From Chthoniobacterales bacterium (GTDB taxonomy: Bacteria; Verrucomicrobiota; Verrucomicrobiia; Chthoniobacterales; Chthoniobacteraceae): a DNA stretch of 64,000 bases. This document shows, piece by piece, positions 19,701 to 27,205 of this stretch. Below the pieces are notes generated by a model, which searched no databases, had not been told where the DNA came from, and was given only the letters and a program-made list of their open reading frames with translations. The translations under genes were made by a program, and so were the position numbers. The stretch lies in the NCBI GenBank assembly GCA_038207335.1, contig JBBQZX010000020.1, positions 41,945-105,944 of the forward strand, in the 5' to 3' direction. The stretch's first letter is position 1. Each line of letters begins with the position of its first letter.

Positions 19701-21492
19701 TCGTCTCGAGCGTGCCGCCGGTCGGGATGCTCACCGGACCGGTCCCGAGCCCGCTGCCATTGTTGGTGGAAATCTTGCCGGCGCTGATTGTCGTCCCGCC
19801 AGCGAAAGTGTTCGTCCCCGTGAGAAACAGGGTGGCCGTGCCCATCTTGGAAAGGGCGAACGAGTTCGCGCCCGCGCCGCCGAGAATGCCGATCGTCGCG
19901 CTCAAGCCAAAGGTCGAGTCGGCTGCGGTATTGATCGTGAGCGTCGGGGTGCCCGCGCCGGAATTGATCACGCGCGACGCTCCGGTGGAAGCCGCCGCCA
20001 CGGTCAGCGAGGGCAGCGTTTGGTTGAAACTATTGAGATCGAACGTCGGCGTCGAGCCAGTACCTTGGTTCAGAATCATCGCCTTGTCGGTAGGCAGCGC
20101 ATCGTTCTTTCCAAGCTTGATCGTGCCGTCCTGAACCGCGATCTGGGAATAGCTCAGGCCTGTGGCGTTCGGAGTCAGCGTCCAGGTGCTGTTATCGGTC
20201 TTGTTTAACGCAGTCGGCGTGATGATCGATCCTGTAAAAGTGCCAGTGCCGCCAGCGCCGCGCAGAGTGAGTGTGCCGGTGAAGCCGCCGCCCGCCGTGA
20301 TGTCGCTGCTCACCGTGAAAACGCCGGTCGCTTGAATCGCGACGATGTCGGTGCCGTTCACCTGAATCGGACCCGCAAATGAGCCGCCGCCCGTACCGAA
20401 GAGCGAGGTTCGACGGCTGCTGCCGGTGGAGTTCGAGTTCATTACGAGGCTCACGCCGGAGCCGATCGCAGCGCCATTGATTTCCAAAATCGTGCCCGTG
20501 CCACCCACCACCGTCGTGCTCGGATTCAGCGTCACCACTCCGCTCGTCAGCGCGTTGTTGCTCACGAGGCGTAAAGTGGTGATCGCGGTGGTCAGACCGT
20601 TGTTCGAATCCACCGTCACGTTGCCTGTGTAACCGCTGTTGTCCCCACTCAGGACAGCCGTGCCCGTGCCCGTCACACCGAGCGCGCCATTGCCCGAAAG
20701 ATTACCGGACGCCGTCAGCGCCGTCGCATTTGCCACGGACACGATGCCGCCGCCGGGGTTCAGCACGATCGCCCGCGACGCTCCGAGATCGAGCGTCGCT
20801 GTCGTGCGCAAGGTGCCGCCAGCGAAGGCAAGCACGTTCGTCGCCGAGCCGTCGCCAAGATTCGCGGTATTCGAGATGCTCAACTGCCCCGCGTTGATCG
20901 CAGTGGGGCCGCTGTAAATATTCGTCCCGCCCAGTACCAGCGTCCCCGCGCCGATCTTCGTGAATCCAGTCGTCCCCGCGATGATGCTGCCGATCGTCGC
21001 CGTGTCGCCCGCCGCCGTGACGCCGATCGTCGGCGTCGCGCCCGCCAGTGTGAGCACGTCAGCCGGAATGCTGGAGACGATGTTGTAGCCGGTCGTGTTG
21101 AAAGTGAGGCCATTTGCGATCACACCCGCTCCACCGTTGTTGATCGTCACCGTGCCCGCAGCACCTTGAAACACCGCGATCGAGTCCGCGAGATTCGGCC
21201 ACGCAACGTTGTCGGCACCAACCGGGTCAGTCCCCGTAAGGTCCCAGAAAAGATTTGCCGGCGCAGTGCTCCAAGTGCCGGTTCCGCCAAGTAAGCCATC
21301 GCCATCGGCGGTCGGATCCCAGTAAAAAGTCGCAGCATGGGAGGCAGCAGCCATGCCGAGGACAGCGACGACGGTCGCAGCAGAGCCAAGCCGCGCCAGC
21401 GAATAGCTTAGAGGCCGCGGTTTGCGCGACCGAATGTGAGAGGAGTCGAGGAGGCTGGGCGCGGAGGAGGAGAAGGTTGTCATAGAGCGCAT
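13783..21492 (-). CDS. Giant (2569 aa) autotransporter-associated beta-strand repeat protein with PEP-CTERM sorting signal
   Basis: Repeated LTKxGxGTLxL...NTYTG units, signal peptide, and C-terminal VPEPNAFAMLLASVGVALGLNRFRRRVA. Confidence 0.92.
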   Translation of the reverse strand: MRSMTTFSSSAPSLLDSSHIRSRKPRPLSYSLARLGSAATVVAVLGMAAASHAATFYWDPTADGDGLLGGTGTWSTAPANLFWDLTGTDPVGADNVAWPNLADSIAVFQGAAGTVTINNGGAGVIANGLTFNTTGYNIVSSIPADVLTLAGATPTIGVTAAGDTATIGSIIAGTTGFTKIGAGTLVLGGTNIYSGPTAINAGQLSISNTANLGDGSATNVLAFAGGTLRTTATLDLGASRAIVLNPGGGIVSVANATALTASGNLSGNGALGVTGTGTAVLSGDNSGYTGNVTVDSNNGLTTAITTLRLVSNNALTSGVVTLNPSTTVVGGTGTILEINGAAIGSGVSLVMNSNSTGSSRRTSLFGTGGGSFAGPIQVNGTDIVAIQATGVFTVSSDITAGGGFTGTLTLRGAGGTGTFTGSIITPTALNKTDNSTWTLTPNATGLSYSQIAVQDGTIKLGKNDALPTDKAMILNQGTGSTPTFDLNSFNQTLPSLTVAAASTGASRVINSGAGTPTLTINTAADSTFGLSATIGILGGAGANSFALSKMGTATLFLTGTNTFAGGTTISAGKISTNNGSGLGTGPVSIPTGGTLETTAAVTVANAITLSGGTLTSTGFQLTLGAGGLTFAADSTVNTTTGPTASKVLAGANLLTGAVGTTISKIGAGDFQINGAQPNLHSNWNVSAGYLELQNATAAGDGVVTVSGTGEVVNSNVNVGNAITLNTGTTISANSGANGIYSGPITLAGDAVAGLRFFQTVTTANSFTINGDVSGPGGLTVNSGSSTTQGTLTLSGTNSFAGVTGITNANVRYSSSAAIAGAGANVTVNANGAAAAGYAIDQAFLGRIVNTSVGAVALGGVNSSNNLDFSAAGANFTAASLGATGAASYTGTLTPNGTTYRLGGGGGTLTLPNANALTGANDLVVQNVGTVVLANTNDLTGTTTVNSGTLVLAADNALVSSNITVAGGTLQIGAGGLTGSIGTGTLAVNGTLTLNRGDRAYTFAAPLTGTGTIVQAANGKINITGGNIPRLQFSNNGAVDVQNVATTLGVDGGVLLQVTGGVYGEVNASTGGSLLLTPNNGDVGAVAGATLVINAPIADGTGSALDFFNAGIGTVILNGANTYTGATNIQSGVVVASLLNKVTGGSASSSLGAPTTVGNGTINVGGSNTSTLRYVGTGETTDRVINLAGTTAGAILEQSGSGVLGFSSNFTATGAGIKTLTLTGYGAGSGLISGAIVNSASATNLTKTGPVAWSLNGANTYTGVTTLAGGTLTLDFANATPTANILAATSTLTTGAGTLALTGKASTTNSQTVASTTVALGGSAISLTANATANPLVLNLGAITRNAGGVVNFTLPTGTQSATNGVTTSTGNGAGGILGGYATVGGTDWATKSGTNIIALAAGSYTAMPTTGGTITVNYALSGASTLTGATTFNSLKITDTAAAQALALGANAMTFSGTAGGLLYAGGTSNAYTISGTGVIGAGTANEFIVNTNTGASLTISAPLVSSTATAGSLTKSGAGTLTPTAVSAFTGSINLTGGVLAASLTNTATTVLGGQLGTTFRMMNFTNGATFRATNTYNDNGPSATNTGFVFNFGAGGGTLDVGSGFTLTLDDGSGAGVASTNAELQGSGDLTKIGVGTLSLGNGTSNFSNFAGRIFVNAGTLTFGGTSGGVNPLGSVAAGTFVASGAGINLNGGTNAAAEPLTLNGTGTASLGALTNGSATNASFAGLITLASDTSIGGSSGGAITLNAPLIGTGKLTKVGTNLLTLGGGNTYTGGTAVSAGSLVLSRLSAVPTTGAFTVAAGATLGLNVGGNGEFQNSDVATQLANTTFANNTSVLSLDTTNALGGTFTSAAVTGAVGFAKTGTGTLILPVSTYTGATVVAAGTLQTSADNGLPATALTLGANLSTVGTLDLNGFNQSFASVSTALNSGTAANVITVANNRTLTVNGNVSIGPVATVANQTSRLNIGGGGDLIVATAAGGTVRVGGNTTSAFSEAATLDLTGLNSASINVSATGTIGVGNTTGTNVVGNTGTLLLPTPAVASGTAVTTLAANNFNIGDGGGNNAGAGQINSAVLGTGLTTINANNVNIGTGGRDVGSLTIAAGNGTVVLRNAAGTGRAAFSVGGSSGVTGVNNGAGVTGNLADFTGHSSDLLISSLTIGNQGRTATQNYDFKFDAGTLDATSVAVGNDTVGSATNVPGIAGTTLTSTLQIGGGNVTVGSGGVSMGTVSGTRGGSTSAATAIADVGNFNITGGTVNIGTTGAFSIQLANLTSANAFVSTSDSFSVTGGTVTLAGAITSASTTRTTTSVTLDGGTLDLTGHAIGGLTAITNLNFRSGTLSNVASINNGTGLAKTGPGTLILAGTNSYPGPTSVTDGRLLVNGSISGSAATVSGATATLGGSGTVLSVAADTGGTVAPGNSPGVLTVASTFSLDSTSHLAIEISAPGVAGVTYDQLSVGGAISLGGASLDVASTFAGGNTQDIFTIILNNSGSAVTGTFAGLANAGIVSAPNGQMYQISYFDDPSTPTVFETSGGNSVALLAVPEPNAFAMLLASVGVALGLNRFRRRVA

Positions 21493-21531
21493 GGCGGGAG
21501 TTTGGGGGCTGACGCGCGCGGGAAATCCGTG

Positions 21532-21605
21532 CGCACCTTACTAAACCGTAACCTCGAATAATTCCCTGAAAAGCGGAATTATTTCCTGCTCGCAACTTTT
21601 GTTGC
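21532..21605 (-). promoter_or_regulatory. Conserved upstream element of giant gene 3 (putative -10 TACGGT) overlapped by an AATAATTCC-N9-GGAATTATT inverted repeat
   Basis: Degenerate but equally spaced copy of the element upstream of genes 1 and 2. Perfect 9-bp inverted repeat at 21557-21583. Confidence 0.5.
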
Positions 21606-21656
21606 TATACTCGGAAACCTAAGTGTGCAGCCCGCCCGGCTAAGCGTCGCGCCTCC

Positions 21657-22235
21657 CTATTTCCCCACGTAGATCGCCTCATTTGGCCAATCTTTGCGGA
21701 TATAACCCTGCTCCATGTTCACGGGCATCACGTAGTTCCGCATGACTCGGACGGGTGAGAGCACGCGGACGGTCTGGATTTCCTCGATCGAGTCTTCTCC
21801 GTGGTTTCTCCGCAGGCTGGGAATCAGTTTTTCCTGCACGGTCTGCACGATGTCCGTCTCGCTCGCGCCGTCGATGAAGAGCAGCATTGCGAGCTTTCCA
21901 TCGATCTCCGCGATGTGGCTCTCGAAGATCACCTCGGTGAAAATCGAACGCACGAATGGCTCCCGCTGGATGTCGTCGATGAGCTGTTTGTAGGTGATCC
22001 CGATGCGGAATTTGATCGTGTAAAGATGCCGCGTCGTGAATTGCCCGGTGCCGTGCGGCGACAGGTCGAGATTCGCGAAATACGAGAGCATCCCGCCTTC
22101 CTCGAGCTTCGCGCGTTTGCGCCCCACCGTGCGGACGTTGACTCCAGTTTTTTCACCGATGCCGTTGTCGCTCTCGCGTGGGTCGCGGATGAGTTCGCGG
22201 ACGATGAGCCGCTCGTGTTCGTCGAGTTCCTTCAT
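21657..22235 (-). CDS. Lrp/AsnC-family-like transcriptional regulator
   Basis: N-terminal AsnC-type HTH pattern LDEHERLIVRELIRDPRES..GIGEKTGVN..TV.RKRAKLEE.GM. 192 aa, divergent from gltB. Confidence 0.75.
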   Translation of the reverse strand: MKELDEHERLIVRELIRDPRESDNGIGEKTGVNVRTVGRKRAKLEEGGMLSYFANLDLSPHGTGQFTTRHLYTIKFRIGITYKQLIDDIQREPFVRSIFTEVIFESHIAEIDGKLAMLLFIDGASETDIVQTVQEKLIPSLRRNHGEDSIEEIQTVRVLSPVRVMRNYVMPVNMEQGYIRKDWPNEAIYVGK

Positions 22236-22386
22236 TTTTGGGGAAAATTGTGCGTTTGGAGCTGGAAAGCGCAGGAATCAGACGGAAATGCGCCAGCAAG
22301 GCGACAGTTTTTTGCAACGTTTCAGCCGCGTGTCAAGTCGCGACATTTCCAATGCAATGGCAAGCATATTTGCGCCATGTCGAAGC

Positions 22387-22415
22387 TTCAATGTGCCGGA
22401 ACCCGACACATTGAA
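22387..22415. promoter_or_regulatory. Inverted repeat in the regulator/gltB divergent intergenic region (candidate operator)
   Basis: TTCAATGTG-ccggaacccga-CACATTGAA, perfect 9-bp arms. Confidence 0.4.
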
Positions 22416-22513
22416 TCGCGAAATCTCCACAACTTCGCAAAATCTGGTCTTGAACGCTGCGCTGCGGGCCCTACTTTCCTCGCCTGGATTTCATCACCGA
22501 ACTTCATCTGAAT

Positions 22514-25500
22514 ATGAACCAAGTCATTCTCGATCAGACGCAGGGCATTCGCTCGCTTTATCGCCCCGAAGCCGAACACGACGCGTGCGGCGTCGGATTC
22601 ATCGCGCAGATTTCTGGGAAAAAATCGAACCAAGTGCTGCGATACGGGCTCCAGTCGCTCTGCCGCCTCGCGCATCGTGGCGCGGTCGATGCGGACGCGA
22701 AGACCGGCGACGGCGCGGGCGTGACGACGCAGATTCCTTACAAGATTTTCGGCCCCGAAGTCGCCAAGCTCGGCCACAAACTGTTCAATGACTCCGACCT
22801 CGCCGTCGGCATGATTTTTCTCCCGCATGACAACGCCTACGCACAGGCGCGGGCCAAGGCGATCATCGAGGAAGTGCTTCGCAAGCGGCTGCTGTTTCTC
22901 TTCGGCTGGCGTCCGGTGCCGACGAATATTTCGCTGCTCGGCGACAAGGCGGCATCGACCATGCCGCGCATCGAGCAGGTGCTCATCGGGCGTCCGCATG
23001 GGCTCACCGACGACGCCTATGAGCGCGAGCTTTTCCTGGCCCGAAACGAGATCGAAAAGCGCGCCGCCAACGACCAGATCAAGCACTTTTACATCCCGTC
23101 GTTTTCGCACCGCGTCATCAGCTACAAGGGCTTGCTCGTCTCGCCTGCGCTGGAGAAATTCTACAAGGACTTGCAATCGCCCGATTACGAGACGGCGCTC
23201 TGCATGTATCACCAGCGCTACTCCACGAATACCTTCCCGACGTGGCCGCTGGCGCAGCCATTCCGAATGCTCGCGCACAATGGCGAGATCAACACGCGGC
23301 GCGGAAACGTGAATTGGATGCGTGCCCGCGAGGCCGAGCTGGAGGCGGATTTCTGGGGCGCGGACATCGACCTGCTGAAGCCAATCATCCAGGCCGGCGG
23401 CAGCGATTCCGCCGAGCTCGACAACGCCCTCGAGGCCCTCGTCATGTCCGGCCGCGGCGTCCTCCATGCCATGACCATGCTCGTCCCGCCCGCGTGGCGG
23501 AACGACAAATGGATGTCCCCCGAACTCCGCGCCTTTTACGAATACCACCGCTGCTTCAACGAGCCGTGGGATGGCCCCGCCGCGCTTGTCTTCACCGACG
23601 GCCTCACCGTGGCCGCGTGCCTCGACCGCAACGGCCTCCGCCCCGCGCGCTATAAAGTCCTCGCGAACGGCATCGTCAGCCTCGGCTCCGAGGTCGGCAC
23701 GATCGAATTTGCCGACGACGAGGTCATTGAAAAAGGGCGCCTCGCTCCCGGCGAAATGCTCGCCGTTGATACTGTGCGCGGCGTGCTGTTACGCGATGAG
23801 GAGATCAAAGAAGAACTCGCCAGCCGCAAGCCCTACGGTCTCTGGCTGAAAGCCAACCTGCTGCGCCTCGAGGAACTCGTCGCCGCCGACCCCACCGAGC
23901 CCGTGGAGCCGAGCGACCTTCTTTCAAACGCCCAGCAGCAGCTCACCCACGGCTACACATCCGAGGAAATCGAGATGATCCTCAAACCCATGGTGCAAGT
24001 CGGCGCCGAGGCCATCGGCTCCATGGGCGACGACACCCCGCTCGCCGTCCTCTCTCTCCAGCCGCGCCTGCTCTACACGTATTTCAAGCAGCTCTTCGCG
24101 CAGGTCACGAACCCCCCGATCGACCCCATCCGCGAGAAACTCGTCATGTCGCTCAATGTCGTGATCGGCTGGCGGCGCAACCTCCTCGCCGAGACCGAGT
24201 CCCACGCCCGCCTCGTCCAGACCAACTCCCCCGTCCTCTTCGAGCACGAACTCGCCACCCTGCGCGACCTCACAGGCAAAGGCTTCCCTGCCGTCACCAT
24301 CGACGCCACATGGCCGCTCGCCGACGCCGACGCCGGCCTCGGGCCCGCCATCGCGCGCATCTGCGCCGAGGCCGAGGCAGCTGTCCTCGGCGGCGCCCGC
24401 ATGATCGTCCTCACCGACCGCGCCACCGACCACGCGCACGTCCCCGTGCCAATGCTCCTCGCCACCGGCGCGGTGCATCACCACCTCATCCGCCAGGGCA
24501 AGCGCATGAAAGTCTCCATCATCTGCGAGAGCGCCGAGGCGCGCGACGTCCACCAAATCGCCTGCCTCGTCGGCTACGGCGCGAGCGCAGTCTGCCCTTA
24601 CCTCGCCTTCGCCACCGTGCGGGAGATCGTCGATCAGATTAAAGTCACCGCTCGTCAAAACGTCACTAAAGCGGGCACCGACGCCGACAAACTCGCCAAA
24701 GCCAACGCCACGCTCGCCGACGCCGAAGCGCTGACTTTCACCAAAGCCGCGAAGAACCTGAAGAAAGCCCTCGAAGACGGGCTGCTCAAAATCATGTCCA
24801 AGATGGGCATCAGCGTCCTCGGCAGCTACCACGGCGCGCAGATTTTCGAGGCCATCGGCATCGGCGAGAAAGTCATCGACCAGTGCTTCCACCGCACCGC
24901 ATCGCAGGTCAGCGGCATTGGCTTCATCGAAATCGCCCGCGAGTCGCTCATCCGCCATGGCAAAGGATTCGCAGCCGTGCCGGCCGAAAAGGGGCCGCAG
25001 CTCGAGGACGGAGGCGTCTATCGTTTCCGCCGCGCTGGTGAGCGCCATGCCGTCTCGCCGCCGGTCATCCAGTCCTTCCACAGCTTCGTGAAAACGAACA
25101 GCCCCGAGGACTACAAAAAATACGTCGAGCAGGTGCGGCTCATCCAGCCGATCACCTTCAAAGACCTCCTCGAATTCGTGCCGAAAACCACCGGCCCCAT
25201 CCCCATCGAGGAAGTCGAGAGCATCGAGGAAATCCGCACCCGCTTCACCACCGCCGGAATGTCGCTCGGCGCGCTGAGCCCCGAGGCCCACGAGGCCCTC
25301 GCCATCGCCATGAACCGCATCGGTGGCAAATCCAACAGCGGCGAAGGCGGCGAAGACCCCGACCGCTTCAAAGTCCGCGAGAATGGCGACAACGCGAACA
25401 GCGCCATCAAACAAATCGCCAGCGGGCGCTTCGGAGTCACCGCCGCATACCTCGCCAGCGCGAAGGAAATCGAAATCAAGATGGCCCAGGGCGCGAAGCC

Positions 25501-27175
25501 CGGCGAAGGCGGGCAGCTTCCCGGCCACAAAGTCTCCAGCATCATCGCGCGTCTCCGGCACACCGTCCCCGGCGTCATGCTCATCTCGCCGCCGCCGCAC
25601 CACGACATCTACTCCATCGAAGATCTCGCCCAGCTCATCCACGACCTGAAAGAGGTCAATCCGCGCGCCAAAGTCTGCGTGAAGCTCGTCGCCGAGGCCG
25701 GCGTCGGCACCGTCGCCGCAGGCGTCGCGAAAGCCCACGCCGACACCATCCTCGTCTCCGGGCACGATGGCGGCACGGGAGCCTCGCCCCTTTCCTCCAT
25801 CAAAAACGCCGGCGCACCGTGGGAACTCGGAGTCGCCGAGACCCAGCAGGTCCTCATGATGAACGGCCTCCGCAACCGTATCACCCTCCGTACCGACGGC
25901 GGCATGCGCACCGGAAGCGACATCATCACCGCCGCCATCCTCGGCGCCGAGGAGTTCAATTTTGGCACCACCGCCCTCATTGCCCTCGGCTGCGTCTATG
26001 TCCGCCAGTGCCACCTCAATACCTGCCCCGTCGGCATCGCCACACAGGATGAAAAGCTGCGCGGCAAGTTCAAAGGCAGCCCCGACCACGTTGTGAATTT
26101 CTTCAACGGCGTCGCCGGCGAAGTCCGCCAACTCCTCGCCGACCTCGGCTGCCGCAGCATCGTCGATCTCATCGGCCGTCCCGAATTCCTCAAGCAGCGC
26201 CACATCCCGGACCATCCGAAGGCCAACACCGTCGATCTCAGCCGGCTCCTCGTCGATGTCCTCCCGCAGGATCCCACCGCCCCGCGCCATTGCACCCGCG
26301 AGCGCAACGACGGCATCCACGGCCGCCCCATCGACGACCTCATCCTCCAGGACTGCAAAGACGCCATCACCGACGGAGTCAAGATGACCAAGGCCTACAA
26401 AGTCAAAAACACCAACCGTTGCATCGGCACCAAAGTCAGCGGAGAAATCGGATATCAATACGGCAAAGTCGGCCTCCCTGAGGGAACCCTCACCCTCCTG
26501 CTCGAAGGCACCGCCGGCCAGAGCTTTGGCACCTTCCTCGCCAGCGGCCTGCGCCTGCACCTCACCGGCGAAGCCAATGACTACGTCGGCAAAGGCATGA
26601 GCGGCGGCGAAATCGTCGTCCGTCCCCCCGCCGACGTGCCCTTCAAAGCCCACGAAAACTCCATCGTCGGCAACACCTGCCTCTACGGCGCCACCGGCGG
26701 CACCCTCCTCGCGAATGGCCGCGCCGGCGAACGCTTCGCCGTCCGCAACTCCGGCGCCCTCGCCGTCGTCGAAGGCGTCGGCGACCACGGCTGCGAATAC
26801 ATGACCGGCGGCACCGTCGTCGTCCTCGGCCGCACCGGGAAAAACTTCGGCGCGGGCATGACCGGCGGCAGCGCCTATATCCTCGACCTCGAGGACCGCT
26901 TCGCCGAGCTCTTCAACCCCGGCCTCATCGTCGTCGAGCGGCTCACCGAGGAAGATCGCCTCATCCTCCAGCCCCTCATCTACCGCCACCTCGAGGCCAC
27001 CGAAAGCCGCATGGCAAAGGACATCCTGGCCGACTGGCCGCGCTTCTCCGGCTCCTTCTGGAAAGTGAAGCCCCGTCCTCCGGCGGCAAAGCCCCTCGAC
27101 CTCAAGCCCGCGCAAGAAAGCCCCACCGCCGCCGTCACCACCGTCATCGACGAAAACGTGACCGTCGCGCGTTGA
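22514..27175 (+). CDS. gltB: Glutamate synthase large subunit
   Basis: EHDACGVGF propeptide/Cys1 site, HQRYSTNTFP, EPWDGPA, GGKSNSGEGGED, KMAQGAKPGEGGQLPG, 3Fe-4S motif CVYVRQCHLNTCPVG, and GXGXG C-terminal domain. Confidence 0.97.
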   Translation: MNQVILDQTQGIRSLYRPEAEHDACGVGFIAQISGKKSNQVLRYGLQSLCRLAHRGAVDADAKTGDGAGVTTQIPYKIFGPEVAKLGHKLFNDSDLAVGMIFLPHDNAYAQARAKAIIEEVLRKRLLFLFGWRPVPTNISLLGDKAASTMPRIEQVLIGRPHGLTDDAYERELFLARNEIEKRAANDQIKHFYIPSFSHRVISYKGLLVSPALEKFYKDLQSPDYETALCMYHQRYSTNTFPTWPLAQPFRMLAHNGEINTRRGNVNWMRAREAELEADFWGADIDLLKPIIQAGGSDSAELDNALEALVMSGRGVLHAMTMLVPPAWRNDKWMSPELRAFYEYHRCFNEPWDGPAALVFTDGLTVAACLDRNGLRPARYKVLANGIVSLGSEVGTIEFADDEVIEKGRLAPGEMLAVDTVRGVLLRDEEIKEELASRKPYGLWLKANLLRLEELVAADPTEPVEPSDLLSNAQQQLTHGYTSEEIEMILKPMVQVGAEAIGSMGDDTPLAVLSLQPRLLYTYFKQLFAQVTNPPIDPIREKLVMSLNVVIGWRRNLLAETESHARLVQTNSPVLFEHELATLRDLTGKGFPAVTIDATWPLADADAGLGPAIARICAEAEAAVLGGARMIVLTDRATDHAHVPVPMLLATGAVHHHLIRQGKRMKVSIICESAEARDVHQIACLVGYGASAVCPYLAFATVREIVDQIKVTARQNVTKAGTDADKLAKANATLADAEALTFTKAAKNLKKALEDGLLKIMSKMGISVLGSYHGAQIFEAIGIGEKVIDQCFHRTASQVSGIGFIEIARESLIRHGKGFAAVPAEKGPQLEDGGVYRFRRAGERHAVSPPVIQSFHSFVKTNSPEDYKKYVEQVRLIQPITFKDLLEFVPKTTGPIPIEEVESIEEIRTRFTTAGMSLGALSPEAHEALAIAMNRIGGKSNSGEGGEDPDRFKVRENGDNANSAIKQIASGRFGVTAAYLASAKEIEIKMAQGAKPGEGGQLPGHKVSSIIARLRHTVPGVMLISPPPHHDIYSIEDLAQLIHDLKEVNPRAKVCVKLVAEAGVGTVAAGVAKAHADTILVSGHDGGTGASPLSSIKNAGAPWELGVAETQQVLMMNGLRNRITLRTDGGMRTGSDIITAAILGAEEFNFGTTALIALGCVYVRQCHLNTCPVGIATQDEKLRGKFKGSPDHVVNFFNGVAGEVRQLLADLGCRSIVDLIGRPEFLKQRHIPDHPKANTVDLSRLLVDVLPQDPTAPRHCTRERNDGIHGRPIDDLILQDCKDAITDGVKMTKAYKVKNTNRCIGTKVSGEIGYQYGKVGLPEGTLTLLLEGTAGQSFGTFLASGLRLHLTGEANDYVGKGMSGGEIVVRPPADVPFKAHENSIVGNTCLYGATGGTLLANGRAGERFAVRNSGALAVVEGVGDHGCEYMTGGTVVVLGRTGKNFGAGMTGGSAYILDLEDRFAELFNPGLIVVERLTEEDRLILQPLIYRHLEATESRMAKDILADWPRFSGSFWKVKPRPPAAKPLDLKPAQESPTAAVTTVIDENVTVAR

Positions 27176-27205
27176 TATTCCCCCGGACCCGCGATTTTCG
27201 CGAGG

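Noticed and set aside
47..20917. Many plus-strand Val/Pro- or Arg-rich ORFs (e.g. 364-1920, 9039-10346)
   Set aside because: Antisense shadows of the Gly/Thr/Asn-rich giant genes.
22358..22373. Sigma-54-like TGGCAAG...TTTGC upstream of gltB
   Set aside because: GG-to-GC spacing is 11 nt rather than the required 10.
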